DNA from: Thermoplasmata archaeon | Lineage (GTDB): Archaea; Thermoplasmatota; Thermoplasmata; Lutacidiplasmatales; UBA184 | Direction: 5' to 3' | Assembly (NCBI GenBank): GCA_030038885.1 | Contig: JASHQY010000010.1 | Location: 1-41,703, forward strand | Length of the DNA stretch: 41,703 bases | In this document: piece after piece, positions 1-9,050 of the stretch | Position numbering within the stretch: the first letter of the stretch is position 1 | Layout: each line of letters opens with the position of its first letter | Program-made: the position numbers and the translations under genes | The notes under the pieces: generated by a model | Seen by the model: only the letters and a program-made list of their open reading frames with translations | What the model was told of the DNA's origin: nothing | Databases searched by the model: none

Positions 1-361
1 CCTCGGCGAGGTCCTCCCGGGGCACGGTGACGCGGGCCGAGGTCTCGCCCAGCAGTGTTGAGAACTCGTCAAGGTCGAACGGCCGCTCGAGCGCGATCAA
101 GGGCATCGGTGTTCCGGTCGCGGGAGTTGGGGCCAGGCCGGAGGACGTGGGGGAGGGGGTGGAGGGGGTGGACGGGGTCCGGGCGACCGGGGGGGACGGA
201 GCGGGCGGTCCCTTGACCGAGAGGGCGGGGTCCTTCGGGGGATACTTGTCGAGCACGGGGGAGGCGTCCCGGCCCACGAACCGTGGGGGGGCCGCCGCGC
301 GGCGTCGTCCGGGCGGGGAGTGGGAGCGCTTCTTCCGCGGCGGGGTTCGCTGGCGCGGCAT
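1..361 (-). CDS. Hypothetical protein, 5' part only (runs off window start); basic, Pro/Ser/Thr-rich N-terminus
   Basis: ATG at 361 preceded by an archaeal SD (GGGGGTGA-GC-ATG); frame open to position 1: MPRQRTPPRKKRSH...PMPLIALERPFDLDEFSTLLGETSARVTVPREDLAE. Absent from the ORF track because it is truncated. Confidence 0.65.
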   Translation of the reverse strand, partial: MPRQRTPPRKKRSHSPPGRRRAAAPPRFVGRDASPVLDKYPPKDPALSVKGPPAPSPPVARTPSTPSTPSPTSSGLAPTPATGTPMPLIALERPFDLDEFSTLLGETSARVTVPREDLAE

Positions 362-629
362 GCTCACCCCCCGGGAGACCCGTGAGAGGATAAACTACCG
401 GGCGAGGAGGGTCTCACGGTGGGAGCGCCTACCAGGGAAGCGGTCTTCGGGCGCAAGGTCCGTCCAAAGGGCTGGTTTTCGGGGTTTGTAGCGAAGAAGA
501 CCGTGCGACCGTCCGTCACGGAGCGCGTTCTTTGTAGCGCTAGTGACGACACATGGATTATGTAGGTTGGAGTGGGTGGTGCGGAAGAGCCGCCCCGCAT
601 GCGGGGGGGCCCGAAATGGAGAAACGAGA

Positions 630-2342
630 ATGCCGGCACGCGTGATGAAGGAGTTCCAAGCCCCCCGGGGCCTCCCCCGGAAGACGGCCTCGGTTTGCCC
701 CGAATGCATCAAGGTCATCCCGGCGATCGTCCGGGAGAAGGACGGCCGGGTCATCATGGAGAAGACCTGCCGTACCCACGGCTACTTCTGGGACATCATC
801 TCGAACGACGTCGACTTCTACCTCCGGATGGAGGTGTACGCGCACGATGGGGTCGGCTACGAGAACCCCTACTACGACAAGTTCCGCGGATGCCCGACGA
901 CCTGCGGAATGTGCAGCCACCACAAGTCCCACACGGGCCTCGCGCTGATCGATCTGACGAACCGCTGCAATCTGAAGTGCCCGGTCTGCTTCGCGAACGC
1001 GAACGCCGCCGGCTACGTCTTCGAGCCGACGCGCGAGCAGATCCACTTCATGCTGAAGACGCTCCGGGAGCAGAAGCCGGTCGGAACGGTCGCGGTGCAG
1101 TTCTCGGGAGGGGAGCCGACCCTGTCCCCGCTCTTCCTGGACGCCGTCTCGATGGCCCGGGACCTCGGGTTCAAGCAGGTCCAGGTCGCGACGAACGGTA
1201 TCCGGGTCGCGAACGAGCCCGGCTTTGCCCAGGCGTGCCGCGACTCGGGCCTCCACACGCTCTACCTGCAGTTCGACGGGCTGGACGACGAGATCTACCG
1301 GAAGGTCCGGGGGGTCCCGCTGCTGAAGGTCAAGCAGAAGGCGATCCAGGCGGCCCGCGAGACCCACTCCTCGGCCGCCGAGCTCGCGGCGGGCAAGCCG
1401 GACAAGCCGCTCTCGGTCGTGCTCGTCCCGACGCTGGTCGGCGGGTTCAATGAGAAGGAGATCTGGCCGACCGTCAAGTTCGCGATCGACAACATCGACG
1501 TCGTGCGGGGCGTCAACTTCCAGCCGGTCGCGCTGACCGCGCGGATCCCCGACAAGGACCGCTTCCAGATGCGGTTCACCCAGTCGGACCTGGTGCGGAT
1601 CCTGTGCACGGAGGGGCCCTTCGAGAAGTCGGACTTCTTCCCGGTCCCGTCGGTGGCACCGATCTCCGAGCTCGTCTCGATCATCCACGGGGAGGAGAAG
1701 ATGACCCTGACCACCCACCCCGGCTGCGGGTGCGCGACGTTCGCCTTCATCTCCCAGGACGGGCAGAAGATCACGCCGCTCCCCCGGTTCATGGACGTCG
1801 ACGGGTTCTTCGAGAACGTCGAGTCGATGATCGAGAAGTACCGGGACGCGCGGTTCTCGCGGGTCCGCACGGCCGTCGCGGGCGCCCGCCTGCTGCACGA
1901 CGTGTCGAAGTTCTTCGATTTCTCGAAGGCTCCGGAAGGGCTCAGCGAGAAGAACTGCGTCAAGGTGATCGCGGGGATCTTCACCGAGGGGAACAAGGAA
2001 GCCCTCGCGAAGTTCACCTGGCGCACGCTCTACATCGGGAACATGCACTTCCAGGACGCGTACGACTACGATATCCAGCGCCTGATGCGCTGCGACATCC
2101 ACTACGCGGTCCCGGACGGGCGGGTCATCCCGTTCTGCTCGTACAACTCGGGCCCGATCTACCGGACGGAGGTCGAGAAGAAGTTCTCGATCCCGATCCC
2201 GGACTGGCAGGCCGCGAAGAAGCAGGGCGGCTCGCCGCTGAAGACCATCGAGACGATGGGGGTCAACGGCGAGGTCGTGGTCGACCCCGAGTACTACAAG
2301 GTCCGGGCGCTCAAGGGCGCGCCGGGCATGTCCTCGGCGTAG
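630..2342 (+). CDS. tes: Radical SAM tetraether (GDGT) lipid synthase Tes, MJ0619 family
   Basis: N-terminal CPEC...KTC..HG metal site, CPTTCGMCSHH cluster motif, radical SAM CNLKCPVC, FSGGEPT, C-terminal RCDIHY..PDGRVIPFCSYN. Start placed at MPARVMKEF (630). Confidence 0.88.
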   Translation: MPARVMKEFQAPRGLPRKTASVCPECIKVIPAIVREKDGRVIMEKTCRTHGYFWDIISNDVDFYLRMEVYAHDGVGYENPYYDKFRGCPTTCGMCSHHKSHTGLALIDLTNRCNLKCPVCFANANAAGYVFEPTREQIHFMLKTLREQKPVGTVAVQFSGGEPTLSPLFLDAVSMARDLGFKQVQVATNGIRVANEPGFAQACRDSGLHTLYLQFDGLDDEIYRKVRGVPLLKVKQKAIQAARETHSSAAELAAGKPDKPLSVVLVPTLVGGFNEKEIWPTVKFAIDNIDVVRGVNFQPVALTARIPDKDRFQMRFTQSDLVRILCTEGPFEKSDFFPVPSVAPISELVSIIHGEEKMTLTTHPGCGCATFAFISQDGQKITPLPRFMDVDGFFENVESMIEKYRDARFSRVRTAVAGARLLHDVSKFFDFSKAPEGLSEKNCVKVIAGIFTEGNKEALAKFTWRTLYIGNMHFQDAYDYDIQRLMRCDIHYAVPDGRVIPFCSYNSGPIYRTEVEKKFSIPIPDWQAAKKQGGSPLKTIETMGVNGEVVVDPEYYKVRALKGAPGMSSA

Positions 2343-2392
2343 GGCATCGCCCGGGGAGGTTCCGCCTCCCCGGTGACAACCCCTTCGGCCGT

Positions 2393-2851
2393 CTATTCTT
2401 CGACCCCTTCGAACAGCGTGGCGCCCGCGCGCCGCCACCGCTGCGCAGCCGGCCCAGAGGCACGGCCCGACGACCCGAGTCGCTGGTCGATCCGCCGCCA
2501 GATCGCCGTCGCGGGGACCGGGGAGGGGGCGGCCGCGCGCGACGGTTTCGCGTCGGCGTGCTCGCCGAGCCAGCGGACCGCCGCCTCGATGTGCTTGCAC
2601 GTGCCCAGCCCGCGCCGGGCGAAGTCCGTGCACGTGCAGAGCGCGACGTCCCGCCCCGGGAATTCCGGGAGCATCACGAGGTACCCCGTGCCGTGCAGCG
2701 GGTTGCGCACCTCGAGGAGAGGGTACGGCTGCCGGGAGCGGAGTCGAACATCGAGCGGCTCCTCGAGCGAGCGGGTCCGTCGCTGGTCGACCGCGTCCGG
2801 CCGGGCCGGCGGAGGGACGCGCCGCCCCGGCTCGCGGGCTCGGGGGGACAT
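2393..2851 (-). CDS. Stand-alone SWIM zinc-finger protein
   Basis: CTCTDF...GTCKH matches CxCxD...CxH SWIM, preceded by a Y-x-V beta strand. Confidence 0.75.
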   Translation of the reverse strand: MSPRAREPGRRVPPPARPDAVDQRRTRSLEEPLDVRLRSRQPYPLLEVRNPLHGTGYLVMLPEFPGRDVALCTCTDFARRGLGTCKHIEAAVRWLGEHADAKPSRAAAPSPVPATAIWRRIDQRLGSSGRASGPAAQRWRRAGATLFEGVEE

Positions 2852-2991
2852 GCCCGCCCCAGGGCCCCCGGCTCCTTATCCCGCGCGGTCGGTCGAGGGA
2901 GACCGGGCAAACGTAGAAATGGCGCCAGCACCCCGTCCTCGCCCATGACGCGCTCCCGGCCGGTGGGGGCCGGCGCCCACGTCGGTCACCG

Positions 2992-4341
2992 ATGATCAAC
3001 GCCACCACCGAGTTCATCACCGGCCTCTTCCTGCTGGTGGCCTCCGCGGTCATCGTCGGGGAGATCTTCACCCACTTCGGCCAGGCCGCCCTGGTCGGGC
3101 AGCTCCTGGTCGGGGTGCTCCTCGGCCCCACGCTGCTCGGCGACACGCTCGGGATCACGTCGGCCAGCGTCGCCCCGGAGTTCACGGGCCTCCAGACGCT
3201 CGCGACGTTCTTCATCCTCCTGATGGCCGGCCTCTCGGTGAGCCCGAAGGCCCTGCGGGAGACGGGGCTCCCCTCGGCGCTCCTCGGCATCGGGATGTTC
3301 TTCATCCCGTTCCTCTTCGGCGCCGGCCTCGTCCACCTCCTGTACCCCCAGTTCGGCTCGCTGCTCGACCTGTTCGTCGCGCTCGCGATCTCGATCACCG
3401 CGCTGCCCGTGCTCGGCGTGATGCTTCGGGAGTTCGACCTGCTCGACACGCGGTTCGGGGTCACGCTCCTGAACGGATCGGTCGTGAACGAGCTCGCGGC
3501 CGTTACCGTGTTCGCGATCCTCCTCCGCCTCGAAGCGCGCGGCGGGAGCGCGCTCGGCAGCATCGGGATCGCGGTCGGGACGGCCTTCCTCTTCCTCGGC
3601 ACGGTCGTCGCGGCCTACTTCGTCCTGCGGTACCTGGGCGACCGGCCCGGATGGAAGCGGTTCGTCCAGCGGTTCCGCGCCACGTGGAACACCCGCGAGG
3701 CCGGGTTCGCGCTCCTGATCGTGGTCGGCCTCGCGTCGGCCCTCTACTCGCAGTTCCTCGGGCTGACGTTCATCGTCGGCGCGTTCTACGCGGGGATCCT
3801 GATCACGCCCGAAGTCACCGGCCCGAAGGTGCACCGATCGATCAGCCTGGTCTTCGACTCGGTCACGTGGGGGTTCTTCATCCCGCTGTTCTTCGCGCTG
3901 GTCGGCTACGACACGAACTTCCGGCTGATCGGCATCAGCTACGTCGCGCTGATCGCGTTCTCGGCGATCGTGATCTACGCGGTCGCCTCGAAGTTCCTGG
4001 TCGGGGCGGCGCTCGCGCGCGCGCTCAGCTGGTCGGTCGACGAGTCGTTCTCGGCGGGGTTCCTGATCACGAGCCGCGGCGCGGTCGAGCTCGCGATGGC
4101 GGTCATCCTCGTGGGGCTCGGAGTGTTCAACCAGACGGAGTTCACGATCGTGGCCGGTGCGGGTCTCATCACGACGATCGTCGCGCCGCTCGGCGCCCGG
4201 CCGTTCGTGACCGCGATGAAGGCGGCCCGGTACCGCGCGCGCAGGGCGGTCGGGCCCCCGCCGCCGGAGTGGGTCGGCACGGTCTACCTGCCGCCGGGGC
4301 CGGTCTCCGAGCGCCCGGACCTTCCGGTCACGGGCCGCTAG
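2992..4341 (+). CDS. Cation:proton antiporter (CPA2/Kef-type)
   Basis: About 12 hydrophobic segments; GQLLVGVLLGP, ISITALPV, IVGAFYAG, FFIPLFF, SRGAVEL motifs. Confidence 0.88.
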   Translation: MINATTEFITGLFLLVASAVIVGEIFTHFGQAALVGQLLVGVLLGPTLLGDTLGITSASVAPEFTGLQTLATFFILLMAGLSVSPKALRETGLPSALLGIGMFFIPFLFGAGLVHLLYPQFGSLLDLFVALAISITALPVLGVMLREFDLLDTRFGVTLLNGSVVNELAAVTVFAILLRLEARGGSALGSIGIAVGTAFLFLGTVVAAYFVLRYLGDRPGWKRFVQRFRATWNTREAGFALLIVVGLASALYSQFLGLTFIVGAFYAGILITPEVTGPKVHRSISLVFDSVTWGFFIPLFFALVGYDTNFRLIGISYVALIAFSAIVIYAVASKFLVGAALARALSWSVDESFSAGFLITSRGAVELAMAVILVGLGVFNQTEFTIVAGAGLITTIVAPLGARPFVTAMKAARYRARRAVGPPPPEWVGTVYLPPGPVSERPDLPVTGR

Positions 4342-4407
4342 GTCGGCGGGGCGGGCCACCCCCCACCGCCTCGGCACGGTTATCTTCCCGCCGCCGCGTC
4401 CCGGTCG

Positions 4408-4632
4408 ATGTCCGGCGAAGCGGCGGCGCCGAGGGCCCCGGCCCGGCGGGGACTGACCCGAATCCAGAAGATCGGGCTCGGTCTCCTCTCGACGCTGGTG
4501 GGCCTCGCGCTCCTGTCGTCCCTCCTCCCCTCGGCGCCCGAGCGGCTCGGCTACGTGCTCCCGGCGGCCGCCGTCGGTCTCCTCCTCCTCTGGATCGGGG
4601 GGATCCTCATGGGGATCGGAAGCCGGTCGTGA
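4408..4632 (+). CDS. Small two-TM membrane protein
   Basis: Two hydrophobic helices; TATA-like GGTTATCTT about 25 nt upstream; stop overlaps next start (GTGA). Confidence 0.65.
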   Translation: MSGEAAAPRAPARRGLTRIQKIGLGLLSTLVGLALLSSLLPSAPERLGYVLPAAAVGLLLLWIGGILMGIGSRS

Positions 4633-5294
4633 CCGCTCTCCCGGGCGGGCCGCCACCGTGGTCGCTGGTCAGCGTCGACGTCGACGGGACCCTCACAACG
4701 GTCCATGGATGGCAGGTCATCGCGGGGCGCCTCGGCCGCCGTCGGGAGTTCGAGCGGACCCAGCGGCGCTTCCTCGCCCGCGAGATCGGAGAGGACGAGC
4801 ACCTCGAGGACATGCTCCGCCTCGCCGAGGGTCGGCGGATCGAGGAGGTCGAGGCGGCGCTCGACGCGACCCCCCACCTCCGCGAGATCGCGGCGGGGGT
4901 CCGGCTGCTCCACGACCAGGGCTCCCGCGTCGCGCTGCTGACCCACAACCCTCCGTACATCTGCGCGTGGTACGCCCGCCGGTTCGGGTTCGACGACTTC
5001 GACGGAACCGGCGCCCAGCCGGTGGTGGACGGCGTGATCGGCCGGCCGAGCGCGGTGCGGGCCGACAAGCCCGCCGGCCTCGCGCGGCTGGCCGCGCGGG
5101 CCGGGACCTCCTGGGACCGGGTCGTCCACGTCGGCGACGGGTGGGCGGACGCGGCGCTGTTCCCCCGCGTCGGCCGGGGGATCGCGCTCAACTCCCGGCT
5201 GCCGGAGGTCGATCGGGCCGCGGACCTCGCGCTCCACACGTCGAGCTTCCGGGCGGTCGCACGCCGCATTGGGTCCCTCGGTCCCCGGACGTGA
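4629..5294 (+). CDS. HAD-superfamily phosphatase (phosphoserine phosphatase-like)
   Basis: Motif I DVDGTL, motif II LLT, motif III DK, motif IV GDGWAD; GTG start at 4629 inside the 3651..5294 ORF. Confidence 0.85.
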   Translation: MTALPGGPPPWSLVSVDVDGTLTTVHGWQVIAGRLGRRREFERTQRRFLAREIGEDEHLEDMLRLAEGRRIEEVEAALDATPHLREIAAGVRLLHDQGSRVALLTHNPPYICAWYARRFGFDDFDGTGAQPVVDGVIGRPSAVRADKPAGLARLAARAGTSWDRVVHVGDGWADAALFPRVGRGIALNSRLPEVDRAADLALHTSSFRAVARRIGSLGPRT

Positions 5295-5350
5295 ACTCTG
5301 ACCCCCGGTTCTCAGAATTCTTATAGCAGGGAGCCCGCCTCGGTGGGCCG

Positions 5351-5932
5351 ATGGAGTACGTGATCCTCCGGGCGATCCACCCGTCCTGGCTCACGATGCA
5401 GCTCCCGCTCGAGGTCGGGGAGCTGATCCGATTCTGTCCGGAGGACCGGAGCGGCCCCGAGGCGAGCCGGGCGATCTCGTTCCTCGCCCGCGGTCCGGGG
5501 ATCGTGCGGGTGATCGCCACCCACCCGGCCCGCGAGGCGCTCGCGGTCGAGACCGTTCGGGGGCGGCTGCTCGCGACCGCGCGCCCCGGCCAGCGGCGCA
5601 TCTTCAGCCTCCCGACGGCGGTCCTCCGCCACCTGAACCTCCAGGTCTACTCCCGCGGACCCCGGGCGGGTCGGGGAACGGACGATCGAACGGTCTGGTT
5701 CGTCCCCGCGCCCGAGTACTACGAGTACCGCGCGGTCGTGGAGGCGGGCCGGGCCTGGTCGGGACCGTCGAACGGTCCGTTCGCCCACGTCTACGCCGCG
5801 AAGTCGCTGGTTCCCTTCCCGCGGGAGCTCGCCCAGCTCGCCGAGCTCGAGCTCCGGATCGAAGAGGAGGAGTGGCGGCCCGCGATCGAGACGCTGCAGC
5901 GCGTCGGGCGGGGTCGTCGGGTGGTCCTGTGA
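5351..5932 (+). CDS. Hypothetical protein, possibly with AbrB/MraZ-like repeats
   Basis: Globular-looking composition; TATA-like TTCTTATAG about 25 nt upstream of ATG. Confidence 0.65.
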   Translation: MEYVILRAIHPSWLTMQLPLEVGELIRFCPEDRSGPEASRAISFLARGPGIVRVIATHPAREALAVETVRGRLLATARPGQRRIFSLPTAVLRHLNLQVYSRGPRAGRGTDDRTVWFVPAPEYYEYRAVVEAGRAWSGPSNGPFAHVYAAKSLVPFPRELAQLAELELRIEEEEWRPAIETLQRVGRGRRVVL

Positions 5933-6027
5933 GCGGGGTCCCGGCCCGACGCCGAAGGGTTATCCGGCAGCTCCGGACGAGATTTTTGCCCAACGTTTTT
6001 ATACGGTGACTTGGGATAGTTCGGGCC

Positions 6028-6684
6028 ATGCGCGGACCGACGCCCGACGCGAAGCCGAATCCTCCGCGGTACACGCTCCGGAACCCCCTTCCGCTGCGGT
6101 CCGAGGCCGACATCCAGCGCACGCGGGCCGGCCTTCCGACCGACGCGGCCCTGACGGACGTCACGGGCCCGGTCGACTTCGACTCGCTCGCGAAGGCGAT
6201 CCGCCGCTCGGTCGGACACGAGGGGATGCGTCCCGAGGACGCCCGCTCGATCGCGGCCCACGTGCTGAACTTCTTCGGGTTCAACGAGCGGATCATCGAC
6301 AACGTGCTGGAGCCGGACGATCGCGACACGTTCTACATGCTCGAGGACACCGGCATCCTCGAGACCGAGCGCGACGAGACGACGCTCTACGACGGCCGGG
6401 AGTGGCGGATCCACTACTGGATGTTCCGCAAGGACCGGATCTTCGAGCTCGCCCGGGAGGAGAGCGCCGCGATGGCGGCCGCCGGCGAGCAGGAGATCGT
6501 CTACTCCTCGAACGCGGCGCGCTCGGGGGGCTTCCATCTGCCCCACGGCGAGCACGGCACCGGCCTCCCCGCCCACGCGGTCTACCACGAGCTCGGGGAC
6601 GAGATCTGGCTCGAGCGCCGGCAGAACCCGATGGCCCCCCCGCCCCCGACGGGCCACGGCCGCCGGCACCCCGCCGACGAGTAG
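6028..6684 (+). CDS. DUF6015-like conserved Thermoplasmata protein
   Basis: VLNFFGFNERIIDNVLEPDDRDTFYMLEDTGIL.TERDETTLYDGREWRIHYW recognised from memory; TTTTTATA about 25 nt upstream. Confidence 0.7.
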   Translation: MRGPTPDAKPNPPRYTLRNPLPLRSEADIQRTRAGLPTDAALTDVTGPVDFDSLAKAIRRSVGHEGMRPEDARSIAAHVLNFFGFNERIIDNVLEPDDRDTFYMLEDTGILETERDETTLYDGREWRIHYWMFRKDRIFELAREESAAMAAAGEQEIVYSSNAARSGGFHLPHGEHGTGLPAHAVYHELGDEIWLERRQNPMAPPPPTGHGRRHPADE

Positions 6685-6723
6685 CCGGAACCGCTTAATC
6701 GGCGGGGCGGGTCGCGCCCGCCG

Positions 6724-7350
6724 ATGCGCCGCATCCTCCTGCTCGCGCACCGCGTCCCGACGACCGGGAACTTCACGCTGAACGACCTCGCGGGGGGCGC
6801 CGGGCGGATGGACGAGGTCGCCCGCGCGGTCTCGACCGCCTTCACGACGTCGAACGACCTTCGGCGCGACACCGAGATGACGATCCTGTTCTCGTCCGAG
6901 CCCCCGCCGGCCGCCCGGAAGATCGAGCTCGTCGGGGCGCGCCTTCGCTACCTGAACCCCGACGAGCGCTCGACCGCGGCGCTGCTCAAGAACGCCCTCG
7001 TGCGCTCGATCGGCTTCCCGCGGGAGCTCGAGTCGTCCCCCGGCCTCCGGGTCGCCCCGGCCGATCCCGCGCGCGAGCTGGCCGCGTTCCTCCAGCGCCC
7101 GGGCGCGCTCTGGCTGACCGAGGACGGAACGCCCCTCGAGGACTCCCCGTTCGCCGGCGGCGACGTCGGCGTGGTCCTCTCCGACCCGTACGACCCGAGC
7201 GACGCCGAACTCGCGCTGCTCCGGGGGTCGAACGTCCCGCGACGTTCGGTCGGGCCGCGCCGCCTGCGCAGCTCCCAGGTGATCGACGTCGTGCAGAACG
7301 CGCTCGACCGGGCCGAGACCGAGCGCCGGCCGCCCCCTTCCGAACGCTAG
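6724..7350 (+). CDS. trmY: tRNA (pseudouridine54-N1)-methyltransferase, SPOUT fold
   Basis: F.LNDLAGGAGRMD...SNDLRRD, LNPDERSTAAL, LSD, SVGP..L.SSQ. Confidence 0.88.
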   Translation: MRRILLLAHRVPTTGNFTLNDLAGGAGRMDEVARAVSTAFTTSNDLRRDTEMTILFSSEPPPAARKIELVGARLRYLNPDERSTAALLKNALVRSIGFPRELESSPGLRVAPADPARELAAFLQRPGALWLTEDGTPLEDSPFAGGDVGVVLSDPYDPSDAELALLRGSNVPRRSVGPRRLRSSQVIDVVQNALDRAETERRPPPSER

Positions 7351-8378
7351 CGGGCGACGAGCGAGGGAGGGCGCCCCGTGCCCGACCTCAGCGCGTCCCG
7401 CACGGTCCGGGGCCGCAGTCCCCCGATCACCGCCGTGAGGCGGACGACCTCCCGCGGTTCGGGGCGGATCCGCGTGCCGAAGACGAGCTTCTGCGGCTCC
7501 CCGAGGCGCTGGCGCATCGCGCGGAGCACCCGGTCGAGCGTACGGAGCGTCAGGTTCGCCCCGCCGTCGAGGTGGACGATCGCGGAGACGCCGTCGGACA
7601 GCTGGTAGTCGAGCAGCGAGTCCGAGAGCGCCTGCTGGACGAGGCGTTCGGGCTCCGACACGTGGTACTCGCCGACGACGAGCGTCGAGAGGCCCGCTTC
7701 CCGCAGGTGGTTCTTCAGGCTCGCGAGGTCGACGTTCAGCTGCGACGGGTTCTCGACCATGTCGACGAGGCTCGAGACCAGCGAGTGCAGGTAGGCGTTC
7801 CGCACGTGGAAGACGCGGTGGATCGGGAGCGACTCGAACCGGCGCAGCTTCTCGTTGGCGAGGGCCAGCAGGAGGCCGCCCATCTCCTCGAGCTCGCCGA
7901 GGGTCGCCTCGACGTTCTCGCGGCGGCCGGGGTTCGTGTCGAGCTCGACCTGGAACGGAAGGAAGACGACCGGCACCGGGAGCGTCTCGGTCGCCCGGAG
8001 CTCCCGAGCGAAGAACGGCAGGAGCGCGCTCCCGGTCCCGCCGCCGAGCCCGGCGAGCAGGAAGACGATCTCGAACGGCGCGAGCCGTCGGAGGACCTCC
8101 TCCTTGCTCTCCTCCGCGGCGCGGAGGACCGACGCGCGGTCCCCTCCGCTGCCCCGTCCCCGGAGCTCGCGCGCGCCGAGGAGGATCCGCTCCTCGACCC
8201 CCATCCGCAGCAGGTGCTTCGCGTCGGTGTTGACCGCGAACGCCCGGACCCCGGGGATCCCGAGGGTCACGAGGTCCTGGGCCGCCTCGCTACCGGCCCC
8301 GCCCAGGCCGACGACCGCGCACGGCGGGGCGAGCGCGAGGGACGCCCAGTTCTCGGGGGGCTTCGTGTCCGGGACCAT
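7347..8378 (-). CDS. ftsZ: Divergent FtsZ-family protein
   Basis: VGLGGAG, AVNTD, tubulin signature GLGGGTGS, LPFQVE, NEKL; T7 loop reads LNVDLAS. Confidence 0.85.
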   Translation of the reverse strand: MVPDTKPPENWASLALAPPCAVVGLGGAGSEAAQDLVTLGIPGVRAFAVNTDAKHLLRMGVEERILLGARELRGRGSGGDRASVLRAAEESKEEVLRRLAPFEIVFLLAGLGGGTGSALLPFFARELRATETLPVPVVFLPFQVELDTNPGRRENVEATLGELEEMGGLLLALANEKLRRFESLPIHRVFHVRNAYLHSLVSSLVDMVENPSQLNVDLASLKNHLREAGLSTLVVGEYHVSEPERLVQQALSDSLLDYQLSDGVSAIVHLDGGANLTLRTLDRVLRAMRQRLGEPQKLVFGTRIRPEPREVVRLTAVIGGLRPRTVRDALRSGTGRPPSLVAR

Positions 8379-8393
8379 CGGTGCCCCGACCGC

Positions 8394-8759
8394 CTAGGGC
8401 GGAGGGGAGCCCTCGGCGACGACCGGTTCCCCCTCCCGGCGATGGGGTCGGGCCGACGGGCCGAGCTGTTCGATGCGGCCGCGGATGTACTCGCGCACCG
8501 CGGAGCGCACCGCGTCGTCCACGCTGACCGAATTGCCCTCGCGGACGAACTCCTCGAGCCGGCGGTTGTCCTGGCGCGAGAGCTCGACCACGACCTTCCG
8601 GACGTTCTGCGGCGGCAGATTGAGCTCGATGTACTGCTCGAGGCCGTCGCGGATCGTATCGGAGATCGTCGGCGTGTCCTTCGACTGCTGGATCTGCTTG
8701 AGCTTCTCGAGCAGCTCCTGCGGTATCCGGACCGTGACGCGCTCGGACGTGTCGACCAT
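8394..8759 (-). CDS. Tandem ribbon-helix-helix transcription factor, CdrS-like
   Basis: ERVTVRIP...TISDTIRDGL and a second repeat KVVVEL...SVDDAVRSAVREYI; directly upstream of ftsZ; ATG at 8759. Confidence 0.8.
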   Translation of the reverse strand: MVDTSERVTVRIPQELLEKLKQIQQSKDTPTISDTIRDGLEQYIELNLPPQNVRKVVVELSRQDNRRLEEFVREGNSVSVDDAVRSAVREYIRGRIEQLGPSARPHRREGEPVVAEGSPPP

Positions 8760-8762
8760 GGA

Positions 8763-8793
8763 CGTCAGACAAGACCCCGTTCTTTGTCTGACG
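8763..8793. promoter_or_regulatory. Perfect 10-bp inverted repeat, candidate RHH operator
   Basis: CGTCAGACAA-N11-TTGTCTGACG between TATA-like ATTCATATA (8815-8823, minus) and the RHH start codon. Confidence 0.65.
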
Positions 8794-8996
8794 ATTGACA
8801 TATCGCGCCGCTCGTATATGAATCAGCCGCTCCGCCTCCGTGGACTCTCGGGGAGTGCCGGCTCGCTCAGTGCCGGCGCTCCGGGCCGCGCCTCGGCCCG
8901 TTGCGGCGGAAGGCATAGCACCTTAACCTCCGGGAGCGCGTGTCGAGCCCCGAGAGCGGCGGATCGAGGACCGGTCGTCGGCCGCTCCGGTCGGAG

Positions 8997-9050
8997 ATGG
9001 ACTTCCGCCGCGGAACCGAACGGGCCCGCTCGGCGAGGCGGGGAACGTGA
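8997..9050 (+). other. Candidate uORF/leader peptide MDFRRGTERARSARRGT
   Basis: ATG 8997 to TGA 9048-9050, overlapping the GTG start of 7TM-1 (GTGA). Confidence 0.4.

Noticed and set aside
120..260. G-rich repeats (GGAGGGGGT twice)
   Set aside because: Explained by Pro/Ser/Thr codons of the minus-strand gene
558..3602. 1014-aa minus-strand ORF and similar long ORFs (13532..16069, 17048..19552, 30764..32812, upstream part of 39259..41691)
   Set aside because: Antisense or off-frame shadows of clear genes; Arg/Pro/Gly-rich with no motifs, as expected at very high GC
8993..9050. GGAGATGGACTTCCGCC...AACCG resembles the 5' half of a fluoride (crcB) riboswitch
   Set aside because: The 3' CTGATGA element and pseudoknot partner are missing and P1 is mismatched; an Rfam RF01734 search would settle it
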